Below, in pieces: positions 56,636 to 64,000 of a stretch of DNA of 64,000 nucleotides (within the stretch, counting starts at the first letter, position 1; each line of letters starts with the position of its first letter). The stretch comes from Escherichia phage JM10. The DNA is taken from sequence record PP400777, one strand, 5' to 3'. A program made the position numbers and the translations under genes. The notes under the pieces are model-generated. The model was not told the DNA's origin and ran no database searches. It saw only the letters and a list, made by a program, of their open reading frames with translations.

Positions 56636-57094
56636 CTAGATTTTAATCACTGCTTTAGAAGCTTTTCCTGGTAGTCGTTTATTGTTAATAATAGCCATTC
56701 TGCATTGAAGAGACTTCATTTTGAATGCTGGATTTTCGCGACAAACTGTAAGTCCTAACCAAAGATTTCCATCAGTTATTTCTAAACGGCCTGGGCGATA
56801 TTCGACACCTTCGACAAAATCTTCATCAACATCTGGACGTGCCGGCATTGATAAAAATTCTGCAACTTCTTTAACATGATTTTTTACTTTATGAAATAAT
56901 TCAAAAACGTAATTCTCATCTATTTCTCTCTGGATGGCACGATCTAAGAGATGTTGAGAATACTTGATATGAAAGCCTGGTAGTCCAAGAGACTTTGCAG
57001 CATCTTTTATACTGGCATTTATTTTGCGGAACTCCGTTTCAAAGATTCGACGGAGTTTATTACGGCGGATAAAAACGTCTGAATTGATAGTCAT
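56636..57094 (-). CDS. regB: endoribonuclease RegB
   Basis: 152 aa; MTINSDVFIRRNKLRR...YSQHLLDRAIQREIDE...LQCRMAIINNKRLPGKASKAVIK matches T4 RegB from memory. Confidence 0.9.
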   Translation of the reverse strand: MTINSDVFIRRNKLRRIFETEFRKINASIKDAAKSLGLPGFHIKYSQHLLDRAIQREIDENYVFELFHKVKNHVKEVAEFLSMPARPDVDEDFVEGVEYRPGRLEITDGNLWLGLTVCRENPAFKMKSLQCRMAIINNKRLPGKASKAVIKI

Positions 57095-57122
57095 TTTGAT
57101 TTCTCCTCTAGTTGACAGGTCT

Positions 57123-57151
57123 ATAGTAACACAACTAGAGGAGAAGTAAAC
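57123..57151 (-). promoter_or_regulatory. early promoter upstream of regB with perfect 12-bp spacer/SD inverted repeat
   Basis: Minus strand GTTTACTTCTCCTCTAGTTGTGTTACTAT; CTCCTCTAGTTG (57103-57114, SD) complementary to CAACTAGAGGAG (57132-57143). Confidence 0.65.
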
Positions 57152-57155
57152 TACT

Positions 57156-57371
57156 TTATTGATAAAATGGAGTTAAAGCCCAAGATTCTTTAGATACTAT
57201 ATTGGCGAAATGCCTCATCTCTTCGATTTGGCGACGACGCTGGTCAGCATAGTCTTCTTCGCCTTCTTCCTTACAATCTTCAAGGTCTTCTTCAAGATAC
57301 TTTAAGTATTCACTACAAATTTTGTTGACCTTTTCTTGAAAGTCCAATAACCCAGTAATAGTAGAAGCCAT
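57156..57371 (-). CDS. hypothetical acidic protein, 71 aa
   Basis: ORF track. Confidence 0.45.
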   Translation of the reverse strand: MASTITGLLDFQEKVNKICSEYLKYLEEDLEDCKEEGEEDYADQRRRQIEEMRHFANIVSKESWALTPFYQ

Positions 57372-57373
57372 TA

Positions 57374-57637
57374 GTATTTTTCCTCAGGTCGAAATACTGC
57401 ACGACATGCCCACATGCTGGCTTCTTTTAGATGTTGCTTAGCATACTTAAGAGCCTGCACTGCATCCATATCTTCTTTGGTTTGTTGCTCTGTTTCATTT
57501 TCTTTCAAGATATATGCTTCTTCAATCAGAGCATCAAACAACAATCCAAGACGGACTTCGGCATCTTTAATAGCGTTCACTTTACCGATTTTATCATCGG
57601 TATGCGGCTTGTAGCCTTTGATGTCTTCAATCGACAT
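57374..57637 (-). CDS. hypothetical protein (start adjusted to MSIEDIKGYK)
   Basis: Track ORF 57371..57805 overlaps next ORF. Confidence 0.4.
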
Positions 57638-57851
57638 AAGGAATTTCCTCATCAGTGGCAAGGTCATATTCGACCAATTGGATAGGCTCATTAATACCAT
57701 ATCCACGTACAGTGATATCAGTTGACGGATATTTTCCAGTAATATCACCCGTTCTAAATGCTTCAATGAATGATTGCTCGCCTGAGCAACTAAACCAGGC
57801 GGCAAAACATTTTAAAACATCTTCAGACCCTTCTATAATCAATTTAGCCAT
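57627..57851 (-). CDS. hypothetical protein, 74 aa
   Basis: ORF track. Confidence 0.45.
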   Translation of the reverse strand: MAKLIIEGSEDVLKCFAAWFSCSGEQSFIEAFRTGDITGKYPSTDITVRGYGINEPIQLVEYDLATDEEIPYVD

Positions 57852-58213
57852 TATAGACTCTCAGTAAAGGTACGAGCGATAACGTCGCGCTGCTGTTCCG
57901 GAGTCAGAGAGTTAAAGCGAACTGCATAACCGGATACACGGATGGTCAGCTGCGGATATTTTTCCGGATGCTTAACTGCATCTTCCAGAGTTTCACGACG
58001 CAGAACGTTAACGTTCAGATGTTGACCACCTTCAATTTTAACTTTAGGTTGATGTTCAATTTCAATTTCACGGGCATGCAAACCGTAGAAAATTTCCGGG
58101 TCTACAATAGCGTCTTCTTTAAAAGTCTTAGAGACAATAATCCGGGCTTGAGTACCGTCTTCAAAATAAATAGTGCCTTTATGCGCACCTTCAAGAATTT
58201 GATATGCTTTCAT
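57851..58213 (-). CDS. autonomous glycyl radical cofactor (GrcA/YfiD-like)
   Basis: 120 aa; C-terminal half [59 protein letters not shown] recalled as essentially identical to E. coli GrcA, including RVSGY. Confidence 0.8.
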   Translation of the reverse strand: MKAYQILEGAHKGTIYFEDGTQARIIVSKTFKEDAIVDPEIFYGLHAREIEIEHQPKVKIEGGQHLNVNVLRRETLEDAVKHPEKYPQLTIRVSGYAVRFNSLTPEQQRDVIARTFTESL

Positions 58214-58219
58214 ATAACC

Positions 58220-58528
58220 TCAATTAGAAAATAAATTTATCCAAGTTTTTTCTTTAATCAAAAATGGGTCGGAATTAAACGCCATTAAACTTTGAGTGAT
58301 TAATCCCTTAAATGGCCCATCAATAAATTCCATTTTGAAATGCGGAATACTAGTCATCAACCGTGCATTAGGAGCAGTACAAAGAACCTGCTGCCCTGCG
58401 AACGGACCTTTAGTCAAACGATATCGTTTAGGTTTAAAATGGTAAATCTCGTAATTTTCTACAAGAGCCCTTTTATTGCATACTGGGCTGTTATAACAAT
58501 ATTCAAAAACTTCAATAGTGGTCATCAT
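58220..58528 (-). CDS. hypothetical protein (start adjusted to MMTTIEVF)
   Basis: Track ORF 58220..58591. Confidence 0.4.
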   Translation of the reverse strand: MMTTIEVFEYCYNSPVCNKRALVENYEIYHFKPKRYRLTKGPFAGQQVLCTAPNARLMTSIPHFKMEFIDGPFKGLITQSLMAFNSDPFLIKEKTWINLFSN

Positions 58529-59064
58529 TGCATTCCAATCACAAAAAATTGAGGACGAGCAATACCGCCGATGCAATATTTGCTTTTGCAACAGTGTTGG
58601 ACTGTTTTAATATGGACATTGTAAATCTTATCCATATCAGGAGCTTTAATAGGCTCGTCAATTATGTACAGAATACGAGAAAGCGTTAATCCACGGAATT
58701 TAGAACCTTCATTGCCAATAAAACTACGAACAGAATCAGTAAATAAACGGAATCGAATATCATCGCTAGAATAACGAGAAAATTCTTTTTTAATGTTGCC
58801 AGCAGAAATTTTAGCATAAGCTGAAGTATTAGAAAGAACAATAACAGTTCCGCCATCATACAACCAATTAGCAGCGAAGTTAGTCACAGCAATTGATTTA
58901 CCTGATTGTCTGCCGCCGTCTAAACGAAGTGTACAGTACTGCTTGAGTACATCTTCAAATGGTGGGACATAACCGTTCTTACAAATTTCTTCTACTCTAG
59001 CATCAGAATGGTGTGTAAAAGCATTCATCAGGGATAGATAAGGTCCAGTTAAAAATGTTCTCAT
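58525..59064 (-). CDS. P-loop NTPase, 179 aa
   Basis: Walker A DGGRQSGKS; Walker B ILYIIDEP. Confidence 0.55.
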   Translation of the reverse strand: MRTFLTGPYLSLMNAFTHHSDARVEEICKNGYVPPFEDVLKQYCTLRLDGGRQSGKSIAVTNFAANWLYDGGTVIVLSNTSAYAKISAGNIKKEFSRYSSDDIRFRLFTDSVRSFIGNEGSKFRGLTLSRILYIIDEPIKAPDMDKIYNVHIKTVQHCCKSKYCIGGIARPQFFVIGMQ

Positions 59065-59177
59065 TTAGTTTCTCTTTTAGGTTGGGCCATTCCGTGGCGC
59101 ATGAATTGTCCATTTCTGTATTTACCCCTCCAAGTAATTATGAATATACTATCACAATTCTAGGAGAAAGTAAACTG

Positions 59178-59480
59178 TTATTTACCTTTAATTACTTTAG
59201 CTGCTTCGATAGCCGCTTGCTGAAGGTCATCCATAGACATACCGAATTTAGAAGCAAAGTTATCAATTTTCTTTTCGACAGCATTCAAAGGCTTTGCCTG
59301 TTTACCTTCATTAGCGCCAGGAAGAGCGAGAATACGCTCTTTGTCAATATAAAGGCTTACAAGTTTCTTACGGTCTTTATCGGACAAATCATGAAATGAA
59401 TGGGCCTTTTTATTTATAGCGGCTTCTAATTTACCTGCACTCACTCGCGCTTCAGTAATAAATTCTTGATAGGTTTTCAT
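59178..59480 (-). CDS. internal protein (IPII-like) with capsid-targeting N-terminus
   Basis: 100 aa; starts MKTYQEFITEA. Confidence 0.7.
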   Translation of the reverse strand: MKTYQEFITEARVSAGKLEAAINKKAHSFHDLSDKDRKKLVSLYIDKERILALPGANEGKQAKPLNAVEKKIDNFASKFGMSMDDLQQAAIEAAKVIKGK

Positions 59481-59508
59481 GTGTTTCCTTGTTTGTTTTG
59501 ATAGAGTA

Positions 59509-59538
59509 ATTATACCATATTAATACTTAAGCGTAAAC
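59509..59538 (-). promoter_or_regulatory. early promoter (-35 GTTTAC, 18 nt, -10 TATAAT)
   Basis: Plus attata 59509-59514 and gtaaac 59533-59538. Confidence 0.5.
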
Positions 59539-59541
59539 CGT

Positions 59542-59804
59542 TTAAGCTTTACCGCCAGAAATAATTCCGAAGTTGTTAAAATCATATCCAATATCGTCAA
59601 CATCTACTTTAGGACTTGCTACAACATAAGCAATTTCACTACGTTTTGCATAGGTGTTTTGATTTCTTTACCATCGCCACCTAAGAAAGAATACCCATTA
59701 CGTTTTAATGAGCCAAAGTCTTCCGCATCACCAATGAAAGCTTTAACTTTAAATTTAGGACCTTTGGCATCTGCTTCAACGATAAATTCTTGATACATTT
59801 TCAT
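59542..59804 (-). pseudogene. internal-protein paralog interrupted by an apparent frameshift
   Basis: 61-aa ORF begins MKMYQEFIVEA and stops at 59619; an adjacent frame is open from 59667 to 59542 (RNQNTYAKRSEIAYVVASPKVDVDDIGYDFNNFGIISGGKA); A/T runs near 59643-59660. Confidence 0.4.
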
Positions 59805-59971
59805 TTTTCCTTAGTAAATTGATTTACCAAAGTATTTGTACCAAGTCGGGCGTTGAGCAATTTTTTATCTAAGCGTGCTTGACTTATCGCAATGGACGCT
59901 TCGGACGGGTCATAATTTCCTCCAAGTAGTTGATGAATGTATAGTATCAAAACCCTTGGAGGAAGTAAACA

Positions 59972-60253
59972 CTATTTTTCTGAAGCGCCTGAAATATATT
60001 TTTCAAGACGTTGTTTCATCAGCGAGCCGTTCTTAGCAATTTCTTCCGGTTTATCGCACATACGCAACAAGGCTTCAAGCTTAACGATATCACTGGTGCG
60101 CTCAAATTTGCGAGTATCTATCTTACTAGCAAGTTCAGAAATACGTGCTAATAGACTTTCAGCTTCAACCAAAGCTGCACCTAGCTTAGTTGCAAATGTG
60201 TCAGTAGCTTCGTTAAGAATAGATTCTGATAAAAATTCACTATATGTTTTCAT
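59972..60253 (-). CDS. internal protein (IPIII-position) with capsid-targeting N-terminus (start at [11 protein letters not shown])
   Basis: MKTYSEFL; synteny adjacent to e. Confidence 0.6.
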   Translation of the reverse strand: MKTYSEFLSESILNEATDTFATKLGAALVEAESLLARISELASKIDTRKFERTSDIVKLEALLRMCDKPEEIAKNGSLMKQRLEKYISGASEK

Positions 60254-60738
60254 ATATACGCTTTCCAAGTTCCTGTTTTAAATGTTGAGATTACGCGTTT
60301 CGCGCGATTAGGTGTCTGACGATACCATTTAGATTGGGCTAGATTTACTGCCGCCTCGTCCCAACGTTTCTGTTGAAGCATACGAAGAGAATTAGTAAAA
60401 CCGGCGACGCCTGCTACACCCATTTGGAAGACCATATTGACCAATGCACATCGACGAACCGCATCTAAAGAATCATATACCGGTTTAAGTTTAGCATTAC
60501 CCAAGATTCCGCGAACGGCTTTATCAACGTCTTCATTAAATAGCTTTTCAGCCTCATCAAGGGTAATTGTACCGTTGCATTTACGACCGATAATTCTGTC
60601 AAGTTCAGCTTTAGCTACGGCTAAAGACGGGTTCTTTGTTACTAAATGGCCTATGCCAATCGTCCAAAAGCCTTCAGTGTCTTTATATAAAGTCAGTCTA
60701 AGACCTTCGTCATTACGAAGCATTTCAAATATATTCAT
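60250..60738 (-). CDS. e: lysozyme (endolysin), start at MNIFEML
   Basis: [31 protein letters not shown]...[29 protein letters not shown] matches T4 lysozyme from memory. Confidence 0.95.
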   Translation of the reverse strand: MNIFEMLRNDEGLRLTLYKDTEGFWTIGIGHLVTKNPSLAVAKAELDRIIGRKCNGTITLDEAEKLFNEDVDKAVRGILGNAKLKPVYDSLDAVRRCALVNMVFQMGVAGVAGFTNSLRMLQQKRWDEAAVNLAQSKWYRQTPNRAKRVISTFKTGTWKAYI

Positions 60739-60740
60739 AA

Positions 60741-60764
60741 TACCTCCCACGTTTATAGGAGGTA
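60741..60764 (-). promoter_or_regulatory. SD-sequestering hairpin with embedded late-promoter-like TATAAACG upstream of e
   Basis: Minus strand UACCUCC-UAUAAACGU-GGGAGGUA; 3' arm is the SD GGGAGG. Confidence 0.6.
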
Positions 60765-60772
60765 TTTATTAC

Positions 60773-61231
60773 TTATAGGAGGGTAGTGAGCACCTTATAT
60801 AATGATTTGCCCATTACATATTCCCATTGAGAAGGTTTAATTAAAGCGAATGCATCAAATTCAGGAATCTGTCGTCCGTCTGGGAATGTATGATAGGAAT
60901 TACAAACACTGTTTCTGAATTGCTCGTGCTCTACAGGGATGGTATATTGGAACAGATGAATATTCTTATTGTCTGAGTAATGATGTTCACCTAGGTCTTT
61001 CAGGAAGGCAGGGTCATATTGTGTAAACCCAGTTTCTTCTTCGCATTCACGAATAGCGGCTTCAATAGGAGATTCGCCAGGTTCGACACGGCCTTTAGGA
61101 ATATCCCACCGATGGGCTAATGCACCTTTAGGACGAGAACCAGTTACACGCCCCATGAATAATTCTTTATCTTTGGTAAGGAAAATAATACCGGCTGATA
61201 GTTCTTTCACTTTATTTTTCTTACTCATCAT
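60773..61231 (-). CDS. nudE: Nudix hydrolase
   Basis: 152 aa; Nudix box GRVEPGESPIEAAIRECEEETGF. Confidence 0.85.
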   Translation of the reverse strand: MMSKKNKVKELSAGIIFLTKDKELFMGRVTGSRPKGALAHRWDIPKGRVEPGESPIEAAIRECEEETGFTQYDPAFLKDLGEHHYSDNKNIHLFQYTIPVEHEQFRNSVCNSYHTFPDGRQIPEFDAFALIKPSQWEYVMGKSLYKVLTTLL

Positions 61232-61472
61232 CTCGGTCCAATGATTTGGCCATTAATTCGGACATAAATTCTTCAAGGCGCGTTTCTTTAGATGGACTTT
61301 CACTATTAGAGATCGCAAGTTTGTAATCTGCAATAGGACAGAACATATCAAGGTCCATATTAAGGTCGTCTTTGATTTTTTCTTCTGACACATCTTTATC
61401 GTATGTGTACAGATAACTATCACATGATTCTGATTTAATGTAAATTGCTATACTCATCTCAAATTCCTGCAT
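61221..61472 (-). CDS. hypothetical acidic protein, 83 aa
   Basis: ORF track. Confidence 0.45.
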   Translation of the reverse strand: MQEFEMSIAIYIKSESCDSYLYTYDKDVSEEKIKDDLNMDLDMFCPIADYKLAISNSESPSKETRLEEFMSELMAKSLDRDDE

Positions 61473-61945
61473 TCGGTAATAAAACGTTCAACTTCATTAT
61501 TCTTGGCTTTTATCTTGTCTTTATGTTCTTGTAAACTACTTTTAATAAGATTAATAATGATGCCTACAGTACCTCCACCAATAATACCACCAATAATACT
61601 TACAATAGTAGATGATAATAAGATAGCGATAATATCTAGTACAGCAAAGGCACTTACTTTAGTACTAAAAAACCATACCGACGGTACAAATATAATCCAT
61701 CCTGTTATCCATTGGCACTTATTGAAAAACTTTTCAAGCTCAGCTTGGGTTGTTCGTATTACTTCATCGATAGGTTGATATCCATTAATGTATCTGTTCA
61801 CGATAATACCTGCTGGTTTGTCGATTTTAAATGCTTGACAATGGTGTTTCACTAAGTAGGATGGACATCCTGTCCAATCTACTGAATAGTATGAAATACC
61901 TTCGTCGCCATCGCCCATGTTTGACCAGTGAATTTTCTGTATCAT
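61454..61945 (-). CDS. membrane protein with Gly-zipper TM region, 163 aa
   Basis: TM IIFVPSVWFFS... and IIGGIIGGGTVGIIINLI. Confidence 0.5.
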   Translation of the reverse strand: MIQKIHWSNMGDGDEGISYYSVDWTGCPSYLVKHHCQAFKIDKPAGIIVNRYINGYQPIDEVIRTTQAELEKFFNKCQWITGWIIFVPSVWFFSTKVSAFAVLDIIAILLSSTIVSIIGGIIGGGTVGIIINLIKSSLQEHKDKIKAKNNEVERFITECRNLR

Positions 61946-62631
61946 TACCAGCCTTCCATAGGGAATTCCAGATAAACTTGGGCATTGACACGAATTTCAT
62001 TGGTAATCTTTTTAACTCGGTCTGTACTACGAGATACACGTCCGAACCAACGCCATCCGTTACTAATTGCACGAGAACCAGTGTGCCATGTTTGCCAATC
62101 AAACTGAAGAAGAGTACGATCTGGAGCTTCCCATTTCTCTAGTTCACCTTTTTCAATTTTTTCGAGGACTTCTTTGTGCCACTGACGATAGATAAGTTCG
62201 CCATCAGGAATCTGACTGAACTCTGCAGTTCCTGTTGCAAAATGAGTAGGACACACATCAGCGTTAACAAGACCAAGAATATGTTCAGACAAATAGCGAG
62301 GATTGTCATAGTCAGGTTGTCCTGCAGTAATAAAGTGTTGACCAACTGGAATATCAGGGCGAGGAACATCATCATGGTGATATCCAGGAATAGCAGGGTA
62401 CCAGCCAGGCATCAGCATGTGGACTCGTGAATCAAATACTACATCCGAGTCTTTCCAATCGTCAGGAAGATTTTGGATAAAGCTACGAGTAATTGGGCCG
62501 CCATTATCAAAAGCAAAATTTAAATCGCAGTTAAAGAACATAGGCTCGTTTTTAATCTGGTCGTTTTTAATCGCATGAGCAAAACCACCTACTGCACGAG
62601 CTTGACTATTAAACACTTTAGAACTATTCAT
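61945..62631 (-). CDS. hypothetical protein, 228 aa
   Basis: ORF track; coupled start/stop. Confidence 0.55.
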   Translation of the reverse strand: MNSSKVFNSQARAVGGFAHAIKNDQIKNEPMFFNCDLNFAFDNGGPITRSFIQNLPDDWKDSDVVFDSRVHMLMPGWYPAIPGYHHDDVPRPDIPVGQHFITAGQPDYDNPRYLSEHILGLVNADVCPTHFATGTAEFSQIPDGELIYRQWHKEVLEKIEKGELEKWEAPDRTLLQFDWQTWHTGSRAISNGWRWFGRVSRSTDRVKKITNEIRVNAQVYLEFPMEGW

Positions 62632-62632
62632 A

Positions 62633-62938
62633 TTATTTTCCTCGGCATTCTTTAATGAAATTTTCTAGATTGGTAGATTCAATAGCTTTTTTACGAGCTT
62701 CTGCGTGTTCTTCTTCGGACAATTTACATTTATAATTGACCCAGACATTATGGTCAAAACTAGTCGTGGCATATAATAACAAAGCTCCGACGAATAATAA
62801 AAACGGTGATAAGAATACAAAACCAGGAACACCATCCATACTGTAAGCCTTTTGTAATACTGCAACAGAAAGAGCTACGTAAAAAGGTGTTGCAAATATT
62901 GTAAAAAGACCGATTCGATTGGTTTCGCCTAATTTCAT
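62633..62938 (-). CDS. membrane protein, 101 aa
   Basis: Two TM helices; palindrome-containing early promoter upstream. Confidence 0.5.
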   Translation of the reverse strand: MKLGETNRIGLFTIFATPFYVALSVAVLQKAYSMDGVPGFVFLSPFLLFVGALLLYATTSFDHNVWVNYKCKLSEEEHAEARKKAIESTNLENFIKECRGK

Positions 62939-62959
62939 AATATTCTCCTCATGTTTTAA

Positions 62960-62996
62960 TAGGACTACTATAACATAGTCCTATAATTGTGTAAAC
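62960..62996 (-). promoter_or_regulatory. early promoter with TAGGACTA/TAGTCCTA palindrome flanking the -10
   Basis: Plus taggacta-ctataaca-tagtccta; -35 GTTTAC at 62991-62996. Confidence 0.5.
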
Positions 62997-63008
62997 AGTT
63001 TTGCGAAA

Positions 63009-63965
63009 TTATTTGAAAGGTTTTACAATATTGAAATTTTGTTTGAAACGTTTGACGTAATCATCATGTCCTAAGCTTTGGTACATACTTACTACTTTGC
63101 TGTAGTTTTCCCAGGCATACTCACGGAACCAACCGGAGGTTATGCTTGTACAGACTTTTTCCAATGCCATCATGAAACTGGCTTCAGGGTTAATTTTAAA
63201 GTCATTAGGAATCTGAGAACGTTCTAATGCTAGTACACATGATTCTTCATATACACCGGCCAATTTGACCATTTCTGGTAACGATTCGAACTTCTCGCGT
63301 GAGGTCATTACTTCAGAACCATCTTTCATGTAAAATGTATAAGCCGGACGGTCTGTTAGTGCAATGGCTTCGTGAATAGTATCGTGGTCATATGTATAGA
63401 TGTCATCTTTAAAGAACGCACTTTTAGAAGTGTCAAGAACCGGGTGAGCATAGTTCAAGGTTTCTTTCTGGCGTTTCAGCATAATTTCGGTAAGTTCATC
63501 GTTCAGTGTAACACCTTTACCACGAAGATACTGAATATGGTTCATAGTCTTTAAAAAGAATGGATTATTTTTCTTGAAACGATGAGACATCTTAATTGCA
63601 AGACATATCTCAGGAGTTGCCCAGTAAAACCCGTTCAAACGGTCTTTAGTCAAATTTTTCTTGGCGTATTTTAAAAGGTCATAAGAAGACGTGAAATCTT
63701 CAGGAGTGAGTTCACCGACTAATTCACGGACATTAGTGATTGCCGGAACAATATATGCTTCAAAATGAGTTTCGCGTCCATTATGGAAGCATTTGAAAAC
63801 TTGGACATCAGGGTTATCTTGGTGAACATATACACCCATCATTTGATTTTTGAATGCATTCCAAGAACATTGGTCCGCAATAAAGTCCCAATCACTATTT
63901 TTAATAGCGCTAGAATCAATAAGACCGTGATAGTGAAGTGCACGAGAACCAATAACCAACATCAT
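63009..63965 (-). CDS. hypothetical protein, 318 aa, N-terminus weakly nucleotidyltransferase-like
   Basis: MMLVIGSRALHYHGLIDSSAIKNSDWDFI (G-S...S-D-x-D); speculative. Confidence 0.5.
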   Translation of the reverse strand: MMLVIGSRALHYHGLIDSSAIKNSDWDFIADQCSWNAFKNQMMGVYVHQDNPDVQVFKCFHNGRETHFEAYIVPAITNVRELVGELTPEDFTSSYDLLKYAKKNLTKDRLNGFYWATPEICLAIKMSHRFKKNNPFFLKTMNHIQYLRGKGVTLNDELTEIMLKRQKETLNYAHPVLDTSKSAFFKDDIYTYDHDTIHEAIALTDRPAYTFYMKDGSEVMTSREKFESLPEMVKLAGVYEESCVLALERSQIPNDFKINPEASFMMALEKVCTSITSGWFREYAWENYSKVVSMYQSLGHDDYVKRFKQNFNIVKPFK

Positions 63966-64000
63966 AATATTTTCCTCGGATTAATTCATTAACTTAAATT

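Noticed and set aside
58525-59064. This ORF as endonuclease V (denV), expected near ipII in T4
   Set aside because: It is 179 aa with Walker A/B motifs rather than a roughly 138-aa pyrimidine-dimer glycosylase; no denV-like ORF was recognised, though absence cannot be proven by eye.
59619-59804. 61-aa ORF as a complete gene
   Set aside because: Better explained as the 5' part of a frameshifted internal-protein gene (see pseudogene feature).
1-64000. tRNA genes, CRISPR arrays, integrase/attachment sites
   Set aside because: No cloverleaf-like conserved tRNA segments, direct-repeat/spacer arrays or integrase-like ORFs were seen; the T4 tRNA cluster would lie beyond the genes upstream of nudE, outside this window.
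1-64000. Identity with phage T4 itself
   Set aside because: Gene 39 is unsplit, no glucosyltransferase genes are recognisable, and a sugar cassette surrounds gene 42; this is a T4-like relative, not T4.

Overview
This window is a near-contiguous block of the early/middle region of a T4-like (Tevenvirinae) Escherichia phage genome, with almost every gene on the minus strand. Gene order follows T4 from the topoisomerase large-subunit gene 39 (running off the window start) through dexA, dda, modA/modB, soc, 56, 61, 41, 40, uvsX, 42, 43, regA-62-44-45, rpbA, 46, 47, 55, nrdH/nrdG/nrdD, 49, nrdC, rI, tk, vs, regB, internal proteins, e (lysozyme) and nudE. Assignments rest on motifs read directly from the translations and on T4 synteny recalled from memory; no database search was run. 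The main departure from T4 is that no glucosyltransferase is recognisable at either T4 position (beta-gt between uvsX and 42; alpha-gt between 47 and 55). Instead, gene 42 sits inside a tightly packed operon encoding a SIS-domain sugar-phosphate isomerase, a HAD phosphatase, a fused sugar-1-phosphate nucleotidyltransferase/kinase, a Tmk-like kinase and two unassigned proteins. I read this as an NDP-pentose (arabinose-type) hmC hypermodification cassette, which is inference. Other notable points are a group I intron with a GIY-YIG endonuclease ORF splitting nrdD, a free-standing GIY-YIG/NUMOD3 endonuclease beside an unsplit gene 39, a Pol-beta-type nucleotidyltransferase coupled to a membrane protein, a GrcA-like glycyl-radical spare-part protein, and many early promoters whose spacer is complementary to the downstream Shine-Dalgarno. 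No tRNA, rRNA or CRISPR array was recognised.
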